Below, piece after piece: positions 24,748 through 38,226 of a DNA stretch of 64,000 nt. The notes under the pieces were generated by a model. That model was not told the origin of the DNA. It saw only the letters and a program-made list of their open reading frames with translations, and did no database searches. The stretch is from Eukaryota sp. GEM-RC1 (Eukaryota): contig JAUFOQ010000016.1 of the NCBI GenBank assembly GCA_040285855.1, forward strand, positions 1,116,001 through 1,180,000, read 5' to 3'. How positions within the stretch are numbered: the stretch's first letter is position 1; each line of letters begins with the position of its first letter. A program made the translations under genes and the position numbers.

Positions 24748-27700
24748 CACCGCTTTCTCTGTCACTTCAATGGACACAACGTCTTCCTCTTGTCGTCTGA
24801 TTTCGCTTTCCCCTGCTTGGTCAGTTGATGATGACGATGAGATGAAGTCTTGTAACATGGGGTGTTGTGTTCTCTCTACAGAAGGAAATACATCGTGGAT
24901 ACGTGATCTTTCGGTTGATGGTGATATTGAACTCAATCCGGGACCTCCTCGTTCTGTACGAGGTTCCTCTACCCCACCAACTATGATCGATGCAAAGATA
25001 ATCAGAGCTTCTTCCTCCTTATCACATGATACTCAGCCACTACGAATACGAAAAGAGCCACTACGAAAACAGATTAAAAGTTCTAAGACAAAAAGATGAA
25101 GTACCACAACATCAGGAGGCACCGTTGTTGTCGTGTTTGGCATGATACATATTCACATCCATTTGTTAGGTCAGGTAAACTCGACGGGTTGGTTGTTTGT
25201 TCATGTTTACAACATCTAATGATTGATAATGATTTTGAACATTTGACAGATCCTGCTCCAGATGTCATCACTGAGCCAGATAATAGTTCACGACGCTCTT
25301 TTCTCGATCGAATTCAGAAGGAATTGTGCTCACCCGGTTGTTGGCCTTCACTGTGGAAAATTGAGAATTTTATTATTGCCAAACATTATGAAAGTATTGT
25401 CGCTGAATGTCAACGTAGTGAAAATCATCCTATTCTCTGTTATGACGATGAAGTTTTGGACGCACTTCATATTTATTGGCAGGATCTCCAGGATCCAGAA
25501 AAAGAATGTCGCTTCCTATTCAACCTAATGGATTTCAAATTACCATGCATCAAAATGATGAAAAATGTCGGTCTTTTAAGCAACCTTTTGTCATTTTATT
25601 GCACCATGCCTTTATTGTTTAATTCCGGGGCACCAATATGAAAACTGTCCCTTTGCAGTTGCCAATTATAGTGATGTTACATTTAAGTTTAAATCATTGT
25701 ACGAAAACATTAACCCAAACGTTTTGTTAAGACCTGAAGTAACGCTTGATATCTTATTGACAATGCTTCATATGCAATTAGCACAGTCAGAAAACCAGGT
25801 CCTTAAAGTGTATGATGTTGATACAAATCAATTTACACTGGAAATGTACAGAGTAAACCAAGAAGTTATTAAAGATTTTGCTAAATCGACAGAAGCTGTT
25901 CCAAATTTTCAAACATTGGTCTTTGATATTGCGCAAATTCTTCTGTTAATTGAAGAGGACGAAGACACTGAAAAGATTGATACTGAAAAGAATGATACTG
26001 AAACAGCTGAATCCGATCAATTGTATACTCAAAATGCTCTTAATGATATGTGTAATCAATTTAAGGCTATCAGAGATTCATCATGGACTTCTCAACTACT
26101 GTCAAGATTTTTTAATTTGTGTTCTGTAATTGAATATTATATGTATGTGGATACAGCTGATGTCATCCGTATTGAGAAGGAAACAGTCATTGAAACTGAA
26201 AAGATGAAGAAACAGGAAACATCATTGAAACTGAAAAGAAGTTGAAAATAGAAAAGTTATCCGACATAGGTATACCTTATTGGAGAATTTTTTTGGAACA
26301 AGGTTTGAAAGTGCAAGTATGTTGCTGTTCCAATTGTCTTTTGTGCCTATCATCATTATACTGCACAAACTTCTCCATGTCTAACGTCTTTTTGTCTATC
26401 GGCTATTAATTATTTAGTCTCAATGACATGGTATCTGCCAAATCACCAAGACTACTGTGAGTTATTCGACATATACACAGAATGGAGACATCCCCCTCTA
26501 TTTTTAAAAAGAACATGAAACGGTGGAGATTGTACTGCCACAAGAGGAAAAAGTTGACTCTATTGAATATCCCATCAATACCTCAAAATTAGCTAATCTA
26601 AAATCTTTTGTCCGACTGAGCGAATTTCTAAGTTCGGTTGTTGATATTTTGACCAAAAATGATGAATGGAATACTGCCGTTGACGCTGACCAGCTTAACT
26701 TTGAATTGGTGTTGTCTTGTCTGCGGTTAATTCATAGTGCACGGAATTGCCGTATTGCCTTTGTCAATGAAGGATTACAAACTTTTTCGATCTGATTGAG
26801 ATGTTTCGTCTAAATTATATTGATGATAATTGTACTATTCCTTTCATCGTTTCTGGTGAAACAGGTTCGGGTAAATCAGTTTTAACTGGCGTTGTTGTTG
26901 TTATGGTTACTCTGGAACCAATCATTGTCTGCCAACCACGAATTTTACCAGCAACAAAACTATCAAATTTTATCAACGATTTGTGTGATACTACTTTTCC
27001 CTTGTCTGGATACCGTACAGGCAATAAGAACACAAATATCCCTCTGAATTCACACAGGTTTATTGAAGTTCAAACTGCTGCTTATACTTCTAAATTTATA
27101 ACGAACAACAAAAATGTTGAAAACTTTATGACAATTATGGTTGATGAAGTCCATGAACAAAAATGTGATATTGACATTTTGTTAGCTCAGCTGAGGATTA
27201 TTTCTCGAACTCCTCGATCTCCTTTAGGGCACAAATTGAGGGTTGTCATTTGTTCAGCTACTATGGACACTCCAAATCCTTGTTTCAGATATTTAACTCA
27301 GGATTGTAGGAACCAGTCATTTTATTTGAATTGTGAAAACAATTATACCATCCATGCTACTGGCAGAACCAACCCACTTGTTGTTGTTGACTATGACTGC
27401 ATTAGTGTCAATACTTTTTCCCAGACACCGTTGGTAGTCAACTTGTCCAAATCAGACTTTTCGAAGATCGTGAGGTTCTAACCCATTTTAAGTATCACTT
27501 TTGTAAAATATATCAATATTTTACTAGCAGTGTCTGTCGTTACTACTCTCATTTCGTCAAAAATTTGAACCCAATTTCACACAAGAGTATAAACTTCAAA
27601 GCATTGGCTCAAGTTTGTCTCTGTTATTACTCGCTTGCACAGTCAATATTCAAGCGGTTTTCTCACTGTGAAGGATTTACGTTGCTTGTGTTTCTTCCTG

Positions 27701-30700
27701 GTAGTCCAGAAATTACTACGCTTACTCAGTACATTGAGAATGAGTATACATTTCTCCTTAAACAGAAAAAACCTGATCTTGATGTATCACGTACAGTTAA
27801 ACCAAATGTTCATCCTTTATATTCAAGCCTGGATTCGAATCAACAAGACACGGCAGTGGCGAAACCAATGGAGAATCAATTCAAAATTGTTCTTGCTACA
27901 AATATAGCAGAATCTTCACTGACAATTGACGGTGTGAAATTTGTCATTGACTGTGGTTTGTCGAAACAAACGGATGTTGATGATCTTCTGGAAACTCATC
28001 ATTGCTCCATTGCTTCTTTGGACCAGCGCTCTGGTCGTGCTGGTAGAAATTCAGCTGGATTTGCGTTACGTCTTGTAAGTACAAAATTCCTTCCAAACAG
28101 TTTTCCACGATTAGACTACGACAAACCTGAAATATTGACATGCTCATTAATTGGACCATTGTTGACGATAAAACAAATTGCTACTGACCCTACGTCTTTC
28201 ATCAACGAACTGCCAGATATTCCTTCATCAGAGAATATCCTATCTACAGTTGATGTGCTCTTCCGCAACAATGTTCTCACACAAAACAACCTCGATTCTG
28301 AGTTGACTTGTTTGGGGAAGTTGTGCAGTAAGGCGAATATTTCGTTCTTCAATTTTAAATTTTTGTTTTATTGTGTTAAAAATGATTATCTCTCTCAAGG
28401 GTTGATTATGTTAGCTGGTATCAACTCTATGTCGTTTATTCGCTGTCATCGTACTTTTGATTCATTTTATGATTTATTCAAATTTTCAGAATCAATTGAT
28501 GTATTAAAATCTCTATCAACTTTGGGTAATGATGAGGAAATTTCTGAATTTGTTTGTTCAGATATGTTTTTAAAATTATCACTGGTTGATTACATTTTTC
28601 GTGCAAAATTTACTAAACTTCCGGTTGAAAAATACGATTCAACAGAACCAAGGTATAAAGGCGCTATTGATAATCTATCTAGATATGTACATTTAAAAAA
28701 ACTAGAGAGATATTTGAATGAACTAAGATCTCTTGTTTCACGGTTCCAGTATATGGAAGACTCCCCACCTACTCTTGTAAAAAAAATTAGTTAATCTTAA
28801 GTCCACTGCCTTGATGCTGTTAAATTTTGTTACCAATCCTTCCGAATCTACTCTCGTTGAATTTCTTCAACAATCATCGATTTTTGTTGTACTTTTTGTC
28901 ACTCTTCAAATTCAGCAATGACCCTCTACCAAGCAGTTGTGGCCTCGTATCCCAATAAGGCCATCCACACAACTGTGGTAAACAATTCATCTTCTCAAAT
29001 CCAATTGAAACTGTATGGCAGAGTTAAAGACAAAGAATCTTTTGACAAATTTATTGAAACGTTGTTTGGTAAACAGTTCGTTGTTCAAGGGTTGTTAAAA
29101 CAGGGTAAGATTCCGAATTTTGGTATCTACTTACAAGACAATGAAAGTTCCACTGCAATATTTACATCACATTTTTCTGATCAGTATCAAGATCAATTGT
29201 TCATTCACAAGTGTAGTGGAAATGTAAATTCAATTAAGAAGTTCAAAATCAAATTGTACTTTGACCACAATAGATTCTTTAGTGGTCGTACGATTGTATG
29301 GGATAAGGCAACAGAATTTATTAAAGACAAATCTTTTTGGGAAATGTATAGTCAATTGTATCATTGGGATCACATTGAATGTTGTGAGAAAAAAACTATT
29401 ATGCTACAATTTGAAGTTGCTGCAAAACCATGTACTGATTTAATTCAGTACAATCGTCTTGACTATGAGAAATTTTATTCAGTCAACTGTAACAAGACAC
29501 TGTTTCCTCTTCCTACTGTTCTAGCTCCTACTAGTGATACTGCAAGTTACCACAATGGAATTTTTGTTGGAGACAAGCTGCCCCAATTATTATCATTTAT
29601 CCCGTGCACAACTAATTTGTTCATCATATGGTTAATGAACTTCAATATTAATTCAGAATCAGAATTAGAATTTGAAAAACCAGTTGTCAAGATCGGTAGA
29701 CCAGATCACTGTTCTGACAACAATTATCTTCAATTATATTTATTAAGTCACGAGCTAGATCTTAATGGAATATTTCAAGTTAAACGTCTCTGGAATGTGT
29801 TCTGGTCTTATCAAGAATCATTTATTGAATCAACTTTTGGATGTATCAACAGATTACGCATTCTGGTATATTTGACTGAACAAGGAATTGTTTCTTCAGT
29901 TGATTTATCCGCTTTTTATCAAAGAATTGCTTGTATTGATTTGAGTAGATTTGAGGATCAATCAGTTGCTGTGGATTTTGTCGAAAGAAGACATCATCAT
30001 TTTCAGCTTTTGAAATTTCAATTGAGAGATGAAAGCAACATGTTGATGTGTTTTAATCCTTCGTGTCCAATCTGTGGGATACTATCTGTTGATCTAAATT
30101 CTATTTTGAATTCTGAAATTACAGTTCGTACTGAACAAATGATTGCTGAAGCTACTGAAATTGCTGAAGGTACTGAAGAAATGATGGAAGCTACTGAAAT
30201 TGCTGAAGGTACTGAACAAATGATTGCTGAAGGTACTGAAATTGCTGAAGGTACTGAACAAATGATTGTTGAAGCTACTGAAGAACCATGTGTTAGTGAT
30301 TTATTGTCTTGGACTAATACCAATTGTAAGGTCAATACTTATTCTGCGACATATTTGGGACAAAGTTGTAAAATTCTGAATTTTGTACATAATTCAGGTT
30401 CTTTGTTCTATGTTGTATTTGAACAAGAGTTCAAAATCCACATTGGAACATTAGATTTGGCAGACAACAACAGTGTCGTTGAGCATGTGACGGAGGTTGA
30501 GGCTGTGACGGAGTTCGATCCTACTCCTGTCGTGTTGTTTGTTGGCAAAAATTTTGTTTTCTACAACAATGGTAAAGTCCTCAAATTTTTTAAACGTAGC
30601 TCGGGAAGAGTTGAAGAATTCTGCAAACCCTTTGAACATCAATTAACAATGTTTGCTCTTCATGGCCAATTGGGTGGATATGCTGTACTGGTAGCTTCTG

Positions 30701-31953
30701 AAGGTCCCAAATTTTTTCTACATTACAAGAAGCCATCTGGAAAAGTTGGTCGAAAAGCATTGCCATGTGCACCAAATCGCAGTGACCCCAATGTTATTGA
30801 CATGGTTGGTACATCCAATTCTTTCAATTGTATATCGAATTGTATATTGTCGGTTATTTCAGTTACAGAAACTGACAAAAAAGACTTAGAATGGGATTCT
30901 CTTTCAATATTGTTAGATTTAGATGATTTAACAATTGAACGCGGAGAACAGTTCAAAAAATTAAGACGTTATGATAATTTGATATTAATTGTTGGTACAT
31001 TTACCATCCGAAAGCTAGATTTGTATGAAAAGCAGCTGCTTGATACAAAAGTAATGGATCTTTGTACATGTCATCACGATGACAGAATTATAGATGCAGT
31101 CTATGTACAACGTTATGACACAATAATGTACATCACGGAATTTGGGTTCTGTGTTGGTTTCGGTTTGAAACTACCAAAGAAACAGATTCAATTTATTATT
31201 GATTGTTCATGTGGTGAGTTAACAGGTCAACTGTTAAAAATCGATTTTTGCAATGATTTAAATTCTTTCATTGTTCTGAAAAGGATGGAACACTGTTAAT
31301 GCTTTCAGCATTATCTGTGATTGGTATTTCTGGTGTACAATTCATGATGTTCGTTATTGTGATTCAAAAAATATTTACGAACAACGAAGTCTTGAACTAC
31401 GTGCTTTAACTGTTCAATCGCCTCAACAGGTTCAACAAGTTGAGATTCGTGTTGTTGAAGAAAGTGCTCATCCCATCGACATTGATACAACGAAAAGACT
31501 TCAGTTTCTTTCATCTAAATGGAATTTTGATGAAAAAATCAACAAGGTGAAGCATTTGTTGACTATATTTGAGTTACAAAAGTTGTAATTACAACTGATT
31601 CAGTTGAAAAAGTAAGGAAACTTTCAAGGCTTCGTCCTGAGATTGCTTTTAGAGTTGTGACACTAGAGGGTGGAAAAGGACGAAAGATTACATCGAGTCT
31701 GAAAACATTCAATGATAATTCTGATCCTGTTTTATTGATCAGTACTACTCAATTAGCGGTTAACCATTCTGTTCAGGCTGATCTTTGTATAATCTTTGAT
31801 CTGCCAAATGATGCCAGACATGTTCACAAATTGTATGAACATAATCAAAAAATCGTTGTCTTTTACGATTCTATCAGTGATAAGGACAAAAAGCAAAATT
31901 TGGAAAAACACTTCTTTAGACCCTCAGGATTGCAAGCACTTGATTTTATATAG
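24443..31953 (+). CDS. Large 2A-led protein: Cys/His domain, CCHC knuckle, helical region, DExH-box (DEAH/RHA) RNA helicase, long C-terminal region, RecA-like tail; broken by several frameshifts
   Basis: Knuckle CLYCLIPGHQYENC (~25607-25648, alternative frame). Helicase motifs GETGSGKS, QPR, DEVHE, SAT, LVFLPG, LATNIAESSLTIDG, QRSGRAGR. The breaks checked (~26785, ~27460) fall in T-runs. Confidence 0.8.
24905..24946 (+). other. 2A/StopGo ribosome-skipping motif DLSVDGDIELNPG|P
   Basis: Matches the canonical D(V/I)ExNPGP consensus with a WIRDL lead-in. Confidence 0.9.
30128..30283 (+). repeat. In-frame coding repeat (TEQMIAE/ATEIAEG)
   Basis: Repeated ACTGAAATTGCTGAAGGTACTGAACAAATGATTG units. 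Confidence 0.85.
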
Positions 31954-33359
31954 TCTTTCAATAATTCATTGATGTTTTTTATTATGTAGAACAATATACT
32001 TTATTACAATTTTTCTTTATTTATCAAGAAGTTGATTGATTGGGTTTATCTGGTCTAAATTTATAATTTATACCATGATTTTTCACATAAACTATGCTAC
32101 CACATCTACACTGAATATGTAACAAATTGGTCTGGTTTTGTATGTCACATTTTCTGACATACTAAATCTGTAACAAATTTCTGTCAGATTTCAGGTGGAT
32201 GAAATTCACGGATTGTTCTGTATGTAATAGCTATGTAACAAAACATTGATATTTAGACTACGTCTGACACATTTCATTGAACATTGTAATATTGTACAAA
32301 TATTGTTTATTTGATGTGTTATTCTTATATGTTATACAAAATTATAAATACATCTATATTGTACTATTTATTCTCTATCACTATCAATTCATTTTTTTAA
32401 AGTCTTTTTGATTCCAAAAGCACTTGCAGTAGTTTTCATTCTTCGTTTTCCTGTTTTTTCCCTAAAACTTCATTTTCGTCTTTTCTTTAACGATTTGTTT
32501 TCAAATTTTGTTCTTGAACCATCAATTACATTTTTTCTGTCACCAAGTCAGGTTGTACACTCTGAAGTAGATCATACATAACAAGACATAGATTTTTTCT
32601 TGATCTGTTAGTGTATAATTTTGGGATAAATGTCAAATATACTCATTTCCCAAATCAATAATTCACACATACTCAAAATGAAATCAAAAATTCATGACGG
32701 TTTTACACTATAATGACTCTCATACAAGGAGCTACCTTTCCATCCAAAGATCTCTGAAAACAAGCTGTACATGAAGAACTTACTGAAACAAGAACGAAGT
32801 TGTATAACAACACTGAAGCGCTACAGTGTACATTGCCAAGAAGACTTGTTTACATGGAAACCGTCCGATTCTGCTCCTGGATTAAAGCTGCCATGGGTTA
32901 ATAAATCTATAAAATAGAAAAACAATCAATTTATTGGAAACAACTCGTAGAAAAGCTATGACCAAAATGAATGAAAGATTCAACAAACTTAAGAAAATGA
33001 AAACAATGTGCCAGAAGATGTAAGAGTACTACTACAAAGGCAGCAGCTTTTCAGGTTGTTGCTTCGTTAACTTGTCCAACAGCAGATGTTCCTGTAAAGA
33101 GTGGCAGGAGAAGAAAGTCCAATGTGTTCACTTCGTCTGAAAGTACCACTAGTAGAGTTTATTGGTGCAGTACATCGAAACAGTCTCTTGAAGTTTTATG
33201 TCCGAAATTGTAGTGAGTTCGAGCAACAGGTAGCACCTACAATGGAAAAGCAGAAGAATGGTCCAGTTACTGAGAGGTAGAGGTCAAGAAGGAAGGATCC
33301 ATGATGATATGGATGTAGTGTCTGTAAGCATCAAAGTGTCTGTAAGAAGAAGGGACATA

Positions 33360-34882
33360 CTATGAAGTCATGCCAGAACAAGTTGATGAGTAGGTGATAC
33401 AACAGTGGTTATAAGAAATACAGGGAGATTGAAGAAGCAGAGATTTATGTGGATATTGACTGAGTACAGATTGAGTATGGTTTGAATTTTTGATTTCAGT
33501 TTGAGTAGGTGTGAAATATTGATTTGTGGAATGAGTATAAATGAATTTTACCCATAATTTTGTCTGATTTTGTTCCTGACGTGCATCAACCATTAATCCT
33601 TGTAAAATTAAAGTAACATTCAAACAGACAATCCATCCACAGATAAGAGACGATGTTGACTGTGCAAAAGGAATATAGTAGTCCACCTTATACTCTGGTA
33701 ATCTTGCAAACAGATTTGTTTCCCCACATCCATAAACAGTTCTAAAAGGATTAACGATTAATTCAGTGGTTAATGAATAATCCAAAAAATCATAAATATT
33801 GAATAATAAAACATTTGCTTCATTTAGAAACAATTCAATGACCAGATCCTGCATCACCAGGAACATGTTCTTTCACCAAACATAATGGGGCAAGAATTCT
33901 TTTCCTGATTTTAGTGTATCGACAATAGCCTTACCAGAATGTAAGGCATAGCATATTGGATCACCTACCAACTGTTGAGTTTCTTGAGATTGCAGGAACT
34001 TGTACCTACTTGATTTAAATTTTTGGAATGCAAGCATCACAATGAAATCAAGTTCAGAACTCAGCAAGAGTTGTGTTTTACCTTCCCTATCATCCTTTGT
34101 CAACATTTTCTCAATATCACTAAATCCAAATTTTAATTTTGAATTTATGTAAAACTGATCACTGATTAAATCTACAGAAAGAATCAACGGGTTACGTTGT
34201 TTTTTGCGTTTCATAGGTTTAGATAAATTAGCATTATCACTGACTGGAACAGGAACTATTTCAGATGGTTCAGAGAAAATAGAATGAATATGATTGATTG
34301 CGAAGTTATCAATACGACGTTTTGGTGAAGGAAAAACGACTTGAGATGGAGTATCGTCAATGCGAGTAATGTCACAATCATGTAAAAGATTAGGAGATTG
34401 AGGCTGAGGAGGAGGAGGAGAAAGAGCAATTGTAACTCGTTTAACGTCTTTGAGTAGATCCTTAAGATGATTTAGAGTTGAAGTTGTTGAAGGAAGTGGA
34501 AGAGATATGTCACGCTTCTCATAAGAACCATCAAAAGGAAAGAGATGAACAGTTTCTAGATCAACATCTAGCACAATGGCAACGGCTGATTTGTAGTTGA
34601 GGCAAAAATCCATGGTACCTTTTTGAGATCATCTGGTAAGTCAGAGGTTGAGACTTCCGTTATGTGGATAGATTTAGTTCTCCAAGAATTGTATGTTCCA
34701 TAAGGAAGAAGAACAAGTGACAAGTTAACTGCATACTTATCAGCAAGCTTTACAACAAGTTTCATATATGTTTTGATGGTACGGGAACGACTTTCTTGTT
34801 CAGAAGTGTTTCTGAGTTTGAAGATTGAGTAGGACATGGGAAATTCTGGTATAGACTTTATTACAGATTTCGTTCCAGACAA
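33360..34882 (-). pseudogene. Ulp1/C48-protease-domain gene transcribed divergently from the 2A-Fanzor gene; frameshifted, with TGA at the HW position
   Basis: An alternative frame at ~33900-33830 reads RILAPLCLVKEHVPGDAGSGH*IV. It is followed by NIYDFL and FAQSTSSLICGWIV, matching the C48 His-Asp-Gln-Cys order. Confidence 0.6.
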
Positions 34883-35177
34883 GTGAATTTACATTCATTA
34901 CTTCATTACTTATTGGAATTAATTCATTTTCTTCTCGTCTACGACTATACATGGCTTTATAGCAAATGAATTCAGAAGAGAACTAAGTCAATGAGTTTGG
35001 TTATACGATTGACAGTCTTAAAGACTTCTTAAGTAATCACTAATGATAACGGATGATGGTATAACATAAGAGTTGTTTTGATGTTTTGACACTCTACTGA
35101 CTACAAGTGATAGTAGAATTGTACTGTAGTCTAGACTACAGGGATGACTGAAACATTTCATTTTCCTCTCTCCACAA

Positions 35178-38100
35178 ATGTTGGTTGTTTTACATTCTAA
35201 CAGACACTCTGTTCCGTACAAGGCTCCTCTTTTGGCCCAATATGAGGCGGAATCCCCTGCTTGGATTCTATCTCCGTTGAGTCGATATATGGATAGCTTT
35301 GTCTCCTCTCCCGTTGATGTCATGCTGCCACCTTGTTATTTGTATTTGACCCAATATGAGGCGGAATCCCCTGCTTGGATTCTATCTCCGTTGAGTCGAT
35401 ATATGGATAGCTTTTTCTCCTCTCCCGTTGATGTCATGCTGCCACCTTGTTATTTGTATTTGACCCAATATGAGGCGGAATCCCCTGCTTGGATTCTATC
35501 TCCGTTGAGTCGATATATGGATAGCTTTTTTCTCCTCTCCCGTTGATGTCATGCTGCCACCTTGTTATTTGTATTTGACCCAATATGAGGCGGAATCCCC
35601 TGCTTGGATTCTATCTCCGTTGAGTCGATATATGGATAGCTTTTTCTATGTTGTGAAAACACTTCCATCTCTGCTGTTGTATGTACTCTACTTCTATTCA
35701 TGTGTTATCCCTTCCCATCCTCCGTTCCCAAAAGACCTCACCGCCGACGGTGACATTGAGTCCAATCCCGGACCGTTGTCCAAAGACTCCCTAGAGTATC
35801 TGAATCCTGGCCAATGGATAGATGATTACGCCCTTTCTGAATACTCAAAACACCTATTCAAAGAAGCAAACCTTGATTGGGAATGCTATTTCATTACTCC
35901 AGATGAGATGTGGTCAGATTTTTTAACTGATGGATACTGCCAAAATAAGATTGATGACGCCCGGGAGAGAAGCACCAGATACTTCGCTGTTCCTCTCAAC
36001 GATGCTATGAATACAACAGGTGGATCTGGAGGAGTTCATTGGGGTCTAATGGTAATAGACTGTGCGGAAAACAACGCGATATTTGTGGATCCAATTGTTG
36101 GTTCTTCTTATCTAAGTTCTGTTGTAGATGAATTATGTAGGAAAGTAACATTGAACGTACAGAGGGTCAACATCACCAAGACACAGACTCCTAATGACTG
36201 TGGTATTTATGTTATTGGTTATATTCAAAAATTTGTTGAACTCATTTCAAGGGATGGCATCAATCCATCTTTGATCTCTATTGAACGTGCTTTAATCCAA
36301 GTTAACATTGAACTTAATGCTGCAGATCTCCGTAAACAGATTCAAAAATTGTTTACTTATGTTGACGATCAATTGTACATCAAATATTCCAAAATACTTG
36401 TATAATCAACAGGTTTAATCTTTTATGACTATGTAATTGCGCCAACTGATTTATATCCGTTATTATATGGTGACCAACCCTATAATAAATATCCATTTTC
36501 AGATTTTTTGACGCAGAAATTCTTCCAATGTGGTCAAAACAACCAACAAATGCTACCTGTTCCTGTCAATAGTGCAATGTGTGATCTTACTGCTGATGGT
36601 CGTCATTGGGGTTTAATTATTCTGATCATTTCATCTCCTACAGGTCATATTTTATTCATTGATCCGACCTACGTTGAGGATGCTTATGCCAGAGAATTTC
36701 CTGCTAACCAAACGCCAGTTGCACCATCTTCCTCCAATTTATTTACAATTGTGTCAAAAATTTATTCAGTGTTGTCAATGTGTGAAACCAGAAATATAGA
36801 ATTTATTCCATCAAATATCAAACATACTCTAACTGACTCTGGTTTTTGTGTTCTCGAATACATTGATCTTTTAATGAATTTAGATCAATCTGTGGTCATA
36901 AGGTGGACTGATGTTAAAGAACTGCTGGGTAATACCACTATTGCTGTTCACGAGTCTCGAAGTAAAATTTTGGAACATTTTGAAACTTTTAGTCCTGTTG
37001 ATTTGTCGCATGTGCCAAAAATGCCAGCCGTCCCTCCAAAACGTTTGTCCAGTTCAAGTGTTTCAACCAGTGCCACTCCTCAAACTAAAGTTTCTGCCAT
37101 TAACTTATTGCCACCGACTGTATCAAAACCTGTTCCTGCGTCTCTCACAGGTTTGCGTCTAGCTAGCACTAAAGCATCCACTGGTTTAAGCACCAAAAAA
37201 AGTAAACCCAAACTTGAACCCGTTCCCACGTCTCCAACTCCTAAACCATCAATTACAGAACAAGAACCCAAACAACCACAAAAGTTCTGTGTTATTGAGA
37301 TAAAAAGTGTGATCTCAGATCCTGAACGCTTGAATCTTAAAGTCGTTCGAGTTAAACAGGAGCCAGAAGTAGACGAAGAGATTGAATCAACTTCAGAAGG
37401 CATTCCACAAATTCAGGATACCACTTTTGAAATTCAACGTGATCCAGATTTAGACCCAATTGTGTCAATCTCTCTTCAGTTTACCCATGATAAATTTGCA
37501 AATGAAACTCACCTATTCACCCATAATGTTTCAGAAATTTCACTTCCTAATTGTGTAGTTCACACGTTTACAACTGAAAAATCAATGTTAACAAATTTCA
37601 TTACATTTTTAAATCTTAACAAGCCCAGTTTGTTAATAAGTTATGATTGGCATTTAGATACTTTTCCGTTTTTAGTATCACGATGTAAAAAATTAGAAAT
37701 TGACATTGATTATACAATTGATGATTACATTTCTTCTCTTCCATCTTGGTTCCATAGATGGTGCAAACCAACGGAAATTGGTCCTTTTTATTCCCTTGAC
37801 TTGAATTCAGTATTGAAAAAGTTGTATGTCTTTAGAAGAGGTCGGTTTTTGGAAAACTTGACAACAATTATGATGGACATGAATAATCATTCAAGAACAT
37901 TTGAAAGTTTTGACAATGAAAATATCTTCCTTAAGAGAATATTTCACTCTTTAGACAATCCTCTAGTGTCAGATGAAGAAATGAAGGTTAAAACTGAAGA
38001 ACGTCAAAACAAAGCGCCATCTGTAAAACTAAAACCCAAGGCTGTTATGGAGATTCGATTGTTAGCAGAATTAACAAAACTTAATGAACTTTGGGAATCT

Positions 38101-38217
38101 AAAACTTCGAGAACCACTTCGAGAGCCACTTTGTTATCGAACTCAATCAATAAGTTGTTTCTAATACAATACCTTCTCTTTGATCTTCTCGATGAAAAGA
38201 AGCAACAATTAAGATAA
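35178..38217 (+). CDS. N-terminal part of 2A polyprotein: SENP8/NEDP1-like C48 protease, second C48 copy with catalytic Cys>Ser, S/T/P linker, degenerate PolB-type DnaQ exonuclease fold
   Basis: Protease 1: WIDD, VPLND..GGSGGVHWGL, FVDP, QTPNDCGIYV. Protease 2: YVDD, VPVN..GRHWGL, FIDP, TDSGFCV. Exonuclease-like: DPIVSISL, FTTEKSML..F..FL...PSLLISYD...TFPFLVSRC. The ORFs join in frame across a single TAA at 36403-36405. Confidence 0.75.
35237..35648 (+). repeat. 114-bp tandem repeat x ~3.6 (38-aa unit) upstream of 2A
   Basis: TATGAGGCGG anchors at 35241, 35355, 35469 and 35584. Units are near-identical, with one extra T in a T-run. Confidence 0.95.
35734..35775 (+). other. 2A/StopGo motif DLTADGDIESNPG|P
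   Basis: Canonical D(V/I)ExNPGP. Confidence 0.9.
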
Positions 38218-38226
38218 CGACCACCA

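Noticed and set aside
24364..24936. 190-aa minus-strand ORF (NVVVT repeats) and similar antisense ORFs over the arrays
   Set aside because: These are shadow ORFs of stop-free repeats. The 2A-bearing strand is better supported.
32030..32300. Possible left end of the Fanzor A element (TGTAACAAA and CTGACA/TGTCAG repeats)
   Set aside because: Only weak similarity to the right-end motif and no TSD.
37270..37900. Functional family B DNA polymerase
   Set aside because: Only an exonuclease-like fold without its catalytic acidic motifs is present, and no polymerase palm motifs were seen.
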